Positions 60,918 through 64,000 of a stretch of DNA of 64,000 nucleotides are shown one piece after another. Origin of the DNA: Elusimicrobiota bacterium (GTDB taxonomy: Bacteria > Elusimicrobiota > Endomicrobiia > Endomicrobiales > JBDRNC01). A program made the position numbers and the translations under genes. Below the pieces are notes generated by a model. It did no database searches. It was not told the DNA's origin and worked only from the letters and a program-made list of their open reading frames with translations. The first letter of the stretch is position 1. Every line of letters starts with the position of its first letter. Where the stretch lies: positions 1 to 64,000 of the forward strand of contig JBDRNC010000039.1 of NCBI GenBank assembly GCA_043811535.1, written 5' to 3'.

Positions 60918-61955
60918 TCATTTTGTCCATTTAAGTTCAAGGTCGAGTTTTTTCTGTTCAATCAGTTGTTTTATCCATTTTACTCTGAAATATTTAACGC
61001 CATTCATGTCGTCGTTCGTCATTTTATATTTTTTAAAAGCCTCATAGAGTTCAACGATGCCTTTATCAACGTCAAAGCAGGGTTTGAATTCCGGCAAAAC
61101 TTTCTTTATCTTGGAGAAATCCACGCGATAGGAACGCTCATCGCTGCCCGTCTTGTTCAGTATTTCAACTTTGCTGCCGGGCACGACTTTTTGCACTTTG
61201 TCGGCTATTTCCTTAACCTTGTAATTCTCAAAATCGCGGCCGACGTTTATTATCTGGTTGTGCACGTTTTCGTGTTTTGCTATGACGGCCGAGGCGGAGG
61301 CCCTGCAGAAGTCGGATATGTGTATTATGGGCCTCCACGGCATCCCGTCGCTCATTATCGCCACCTTGCCCGTGAAATAGGCCCACGCGGTCAGGTTATT
61401 GACCACAAGGTCCAGCCGGAGACGCGGCGAAAGGCCGTAAACAGTGGCATTACGCATAAAAACCGGATGGAAATCCTTATCCGCGAGCTTTGAGACCCTC
61501 TGTTCAACGTCGTATTTGGCCTTTGCGTAAGCGGTCAGGGGATTTACGGGGCTCTCTTCGGTTATCGGTTTGTCATCTGAAGCGATGCCGTAAACGCTGC
61601 ACGATGAGGCAAATATGAATCTCTCAACCCCGGCTTTCTTGGCAATCTCCGCCAGCTTGACGCTTGCTTTCGTGTTGATGTTATCGGTGAGCGAGGGATT
61701 CAGCTCTCCGAGCGGGTCATTGCTTAACGCCGAAAGATGTATAACCGCTTCTATGCCTTCCAGGTCATTTTCATTCAGGTCCCTGATGTCTTTAATGATC
61801 TGCCTGTCGGGGTCGGTTTCGGGATTGAACAGCTCGCATCCTTTATAATACCCCGTGTCAAGCCCGGTTACGGTATGCGATTGTTCTTTCAGTATCCGTG
61901 TCATTACCGGACCTATGTATCCGTTGTTGCCCGTAAGCAGTATTTTTTTTCCCAT
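60918..61955 (-). CDS. NAD-dependent epimerase/dehydratase
   Basis: TGNNGYIG, SSCSVYG, YAKAK and R.DLVVN motifs. Confidence 0.9.
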   Translation of the reverse strand: MGKKILLTGNNGYIGPVMTRILKEQSHTVTGLDTGYYKGCELFNPETDPDRQIIKDIRDLNENDLEGIEAVIHLSALSNDPLGELNPSLTDNINTKASVKLAEIAKKAGVERFIFASSCSVYGIASDDKPITEESPVNPLTAYAKAKYDVEQRVSKLADKDFHPVFMRNATVYGLSPRLRLDLVVNNLTAWAYFTGKVAIMSDGMPWRPIIHISDFCRASASAVIAKHENVHNQIINVGRDFENYKVKEIADKVQKVVPGSKVEILNKTGSDERSYRVDFSKIKKVLPEFKPCFDVDKGIVELYEAFKKYKMTNDDMNGVKYFRVKWIKQLIEQKKLDLELKWTK

Positions 61956-61982
61956 TATCGCTCCATTAGCAGTAATATTCGT

Positions 61983-62450
61983 TTATCTGTGTTTTATTTC
62001 CCAATCGTATTGTATTTTTTTTGAAAAGGGATCGAGTCTGTCCATCTCTCCCGGGTCGTGGCTCAGCGTGGGGCAGTTAGCCAGCATCGAGACCTTGTTC
62101 CCTATCGTCTTGTAGCCGTTCCAGACTTTCGGAGGCATCTGAACAAGGCAGTAGTTGTTTTCGCCGATGAATATCTCCATGAGATTGCCCTTTGTGGGCG
62201 AATCCTTCCTGTCGTCGAATATGACAAGTTTTATCATGCCCGAAACGCACACGTAATTGAGCGTCATTTTTTTGTGATAATGCCAGCCGCGGATGGCGCC
62301 CGGGTAGCTTGCGGCAAAATATATCTCGCCGAACTGCCTGAACAGAGGGTCATCCGACCTGAGCATGTGCATTATGCAGCCTCTTTCGTCAGGGATTCTC
62401 CTGAGCGGTTTGACTACAACTCCGTCAACGCTTCCAATTTTGAATTTCAT
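61983..62450 (-). CDS. NDP-4-keto-6-deoxyglucose 3,5-epimerase (RmlC-like cupin)
   Basis: DERG, RGWH.H and D.R..SPT motifs. Confidence 0.88.
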   Translation of the reverse strand: MKFKIGSVDGVVVKPLRRIPDERGCIMHMLRSDDPLFRQFGEIYFAASYPGAIRGWHYHKKMTLNYVCVSGMIKLVIFDDRKDSPTKGNLMEIFIGENNYCLVQMPPKVWNGYKTIGNKVSMLANCPTLSHDPGEMDRLDPFSKKIQYDWEIKHR

Positions 62451-62459
62451 GATTCTCTC

Positions 62460-63230
62460 CTATTTCATCCAGGATGCTTTGCCCTTAGCGATAAGTTCAT
62501 TTAGCACGTCCCTGTCCCTTACCGTGTCCATGCAGTGCCAAAAACCTTCGTGCTTATACGCCATTAACTGTCCGTCTTTTGTGAGGTTCTCAAGCGGATC
62601 TCTTTCAAGTATCGTGCTTTCATCCTTCAGATAATCGAGAACTTCAGGTTCAAAAACGAAAAAGCCGCCGTTAATCCACCCTTCATGCATTTGCGTCTTT
62701 TCGCTGAACGAACGCACTCTCGCTGAACTGCCTTCAAACTGCATGGCGCCGAATCTGGCGGCCGGTTTTACTGCGGTAATAGTGGCCAGCTTTCCGTGTG
62801 ACTTGTGAAATTCAAGCAGTTTCCTGATATTTACGTCCGCAACCCCGTCCCCGTAAGTGCACATGAACGCGGAGTTTTTAAGTTTATCGCGCAAGCGGAA
62901 CAGACGTCCGCCTGTCATCGACTTGACGCCGGTGTCGACAATATGGACCGTCCAGTCTTTGGGCGTTTTATGATCCACTTCAATCTTGCCTGTCTTGAGA
63001 TGCACGGTCAGATCGCTTTGAAAGTTATAGTAATTAAGGAAGTATTCCTTGATATATTCGTTTTTGTAGCCCGCGGCAAGAATGAATTCCTTAAAACCGT
63101 GCATGCCGTAAATATTCATGACATGCCAGAGTATGGGCTTATTCCCTATCTCCACCATGGGTTTCGGCTTTAAATTCGTTTCTTCGCTTAACCGTGTTCC
63201 CAGCCCTCCGCACAGAATGACAGTTTTCAT
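62460..63230 (-). CDS. rfbF: Glucose-1-phosphate cytidylyltransferase
   Basis: GGLGTRLSEET..KPKPMVEIG, TGGRL, YGDG, INGGFF and W.CMDT.RD motifs. Confidence 0.95.
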   Translation of the reverse strand: MKTVILCGGLGTRLSEETNLKPKPMVEIGNKPILWHVMNIYGMHGFKEFILAAGYKNEYIKEYFLNYYNFQSDLTVHLKTGKIEVDHKTPKDWTVHIVDTGVKSMTGGRLFRLRDKLKNSAFMCTYGDGVADVNIRKLLEFHKSHGKLATITAVKPAARFGAMQFEGSSARVRSFSEKTQMHEGWINGGFFVFEPEVLDYLKDESTILERDPLENLTKDGQLMAYKHEGFWHCMDTVRDRDVLNELIAKGKASWMK

Positions 63231-63240
63231 GGTTCCTCCG

Positions 63241-64000
63241 CTATTTTCCGGAATTCTTATAGAATTCTATCGTCCTTTTCAATCCTTCTTCAAGGGATAT
63301 TTTCGGTTCCCATCCGAGCAATTCTTTCGATAATGACGCATCGGCGTATAACTCCATATTTTCGCCTTTACGGTACGGGTGAGCCCCCCATTGAGGGTTT
63401 CCGCCGCCCGTAAGTTTCACGACGGTTTCTATCATTTGCTTGATTTTCACGGGTTTTCCCGAGGCGAGGTTGATGATATGGCCTTTCGCCTTTTCGGATA
63501 CCGCGGCCGATATCATTCCGTCCGTAATGTCGTCGATATAGCAGAAGTCCCTTGATTGAATGCCCAGGGAACTCTTAAAGCTCTCGCCGGTCAGGCATGC
63601 CTTGATTATCTGTGGCAGAAACCTTTTTTCATCCTGGCCCGGGCCGTAAACGAGGAAGAACCTTACCACAACTCCGGGAAATCCTTCAAATTTGGAGGCC
63701 ATCTGTATGAAATGCGAGGCGTTGACTTTCGCGAGCGAATACGGGGATATCGGGTTTTCCCTCATGGACTCCTTCTGCGGAGCCGGCGAGCATCCGTATT
63801 CGTCGCTGCTCCCGATCTGTACGAACCCTTTAAGCGCCTGCGTATCAATGCAGTCCAGCAGGTTCAAAAGGCCTGTATAATGCGCTTCAATAACCTTTCT
63901 CCCCCCTTTGAGATACGGCGTGTGGTCTATATAGCCGCTGCAGTTGAAAACATAATCGAATTTTCTGTTTTTAAGCGCCAAGGACAGCTCTTTTATATCC
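63241..64000 (-). CDS. NAD-dependent epimerase/dehydratase (partial; 5' end beyond the window)
   Basis: GSSDEYG, YSLAK, VYGPGQ and RDF.Y motifs; frame stays open to the window edge. Confidence 0.88.
   Translation of the reverse strand, partial: DIKELSLALKNRKFDYVFNCSGYIDHTPYLKGGRKVIEAHYTGLLNLLDCIDTQALKGFVQIGSSDEYGCSPAPQKESMRENPISPYSLAKVNASHFIQMASKFEGFPGVVVRFFLVYGPGQDEKRFLPQIIKACLTGESFKSSLGIQSRDFCYIDDITDGMISAAVSEKAKGHIINLASGKPVKIKQMIETVVKLTGGGNPQWGAHPYRKGENMELYADASLSKELLGWEPKISLEEGLKRTIEFYKNSGK

Overview
A 64-kb chromosomal segment from a diderm, LPS-exporting bacterium. The gene content and repeat families suggest an Elusimicrobiota-like lineage, but this is an inference that cannot be proven here. 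Almost all genes lie on the minus strand. From left to right there are five regions. (1) Sugar phosphorolysis genes (phosphoglucomutase, GH94 phosphorylase). (2) An envelope cluster: CsgG/FlgO-like, FlgT-N-like and LPP20/FlgP-like proteins, a FecR protein and the TIGR03545/TIGR03546 pair. (3) glgP, tRNA-Gly, tRNA-Leu, secG and an unusual glycolytic operon (gap, REC-GGDEF, pgk, apgM, with no tpiA), then comF. (4) A candidate type IX secretion (T9SS)-like locus: a 1804-aa SprA-like barrel, a PorV-like barrel, a TPR lipoprotein and an M6 protease with a T9SS type A-like C-terminal domain, with lptFG wedged in on the opposite strand. (5) ahcY and metK at the end of a >26-kb surface-glycan cluster that has five SAM methyltransferases and recA embedded in it. 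Intergenic DNA is dense in non-autonomous repeats: 7/8-mer inverted arrays, several REP-like palindrome families, a 148-bp MITE-like element and duplications of tRNA ends. Two regulatory candidates stand out: a palindromic operator over the recA promoter, and a uORF plus anti-SD switch upstream of ahcY. No CRISPR array, rRNA, transposase, integrase or phage gene was seen. All family assignments come from motif recognition by eye, not database searches.
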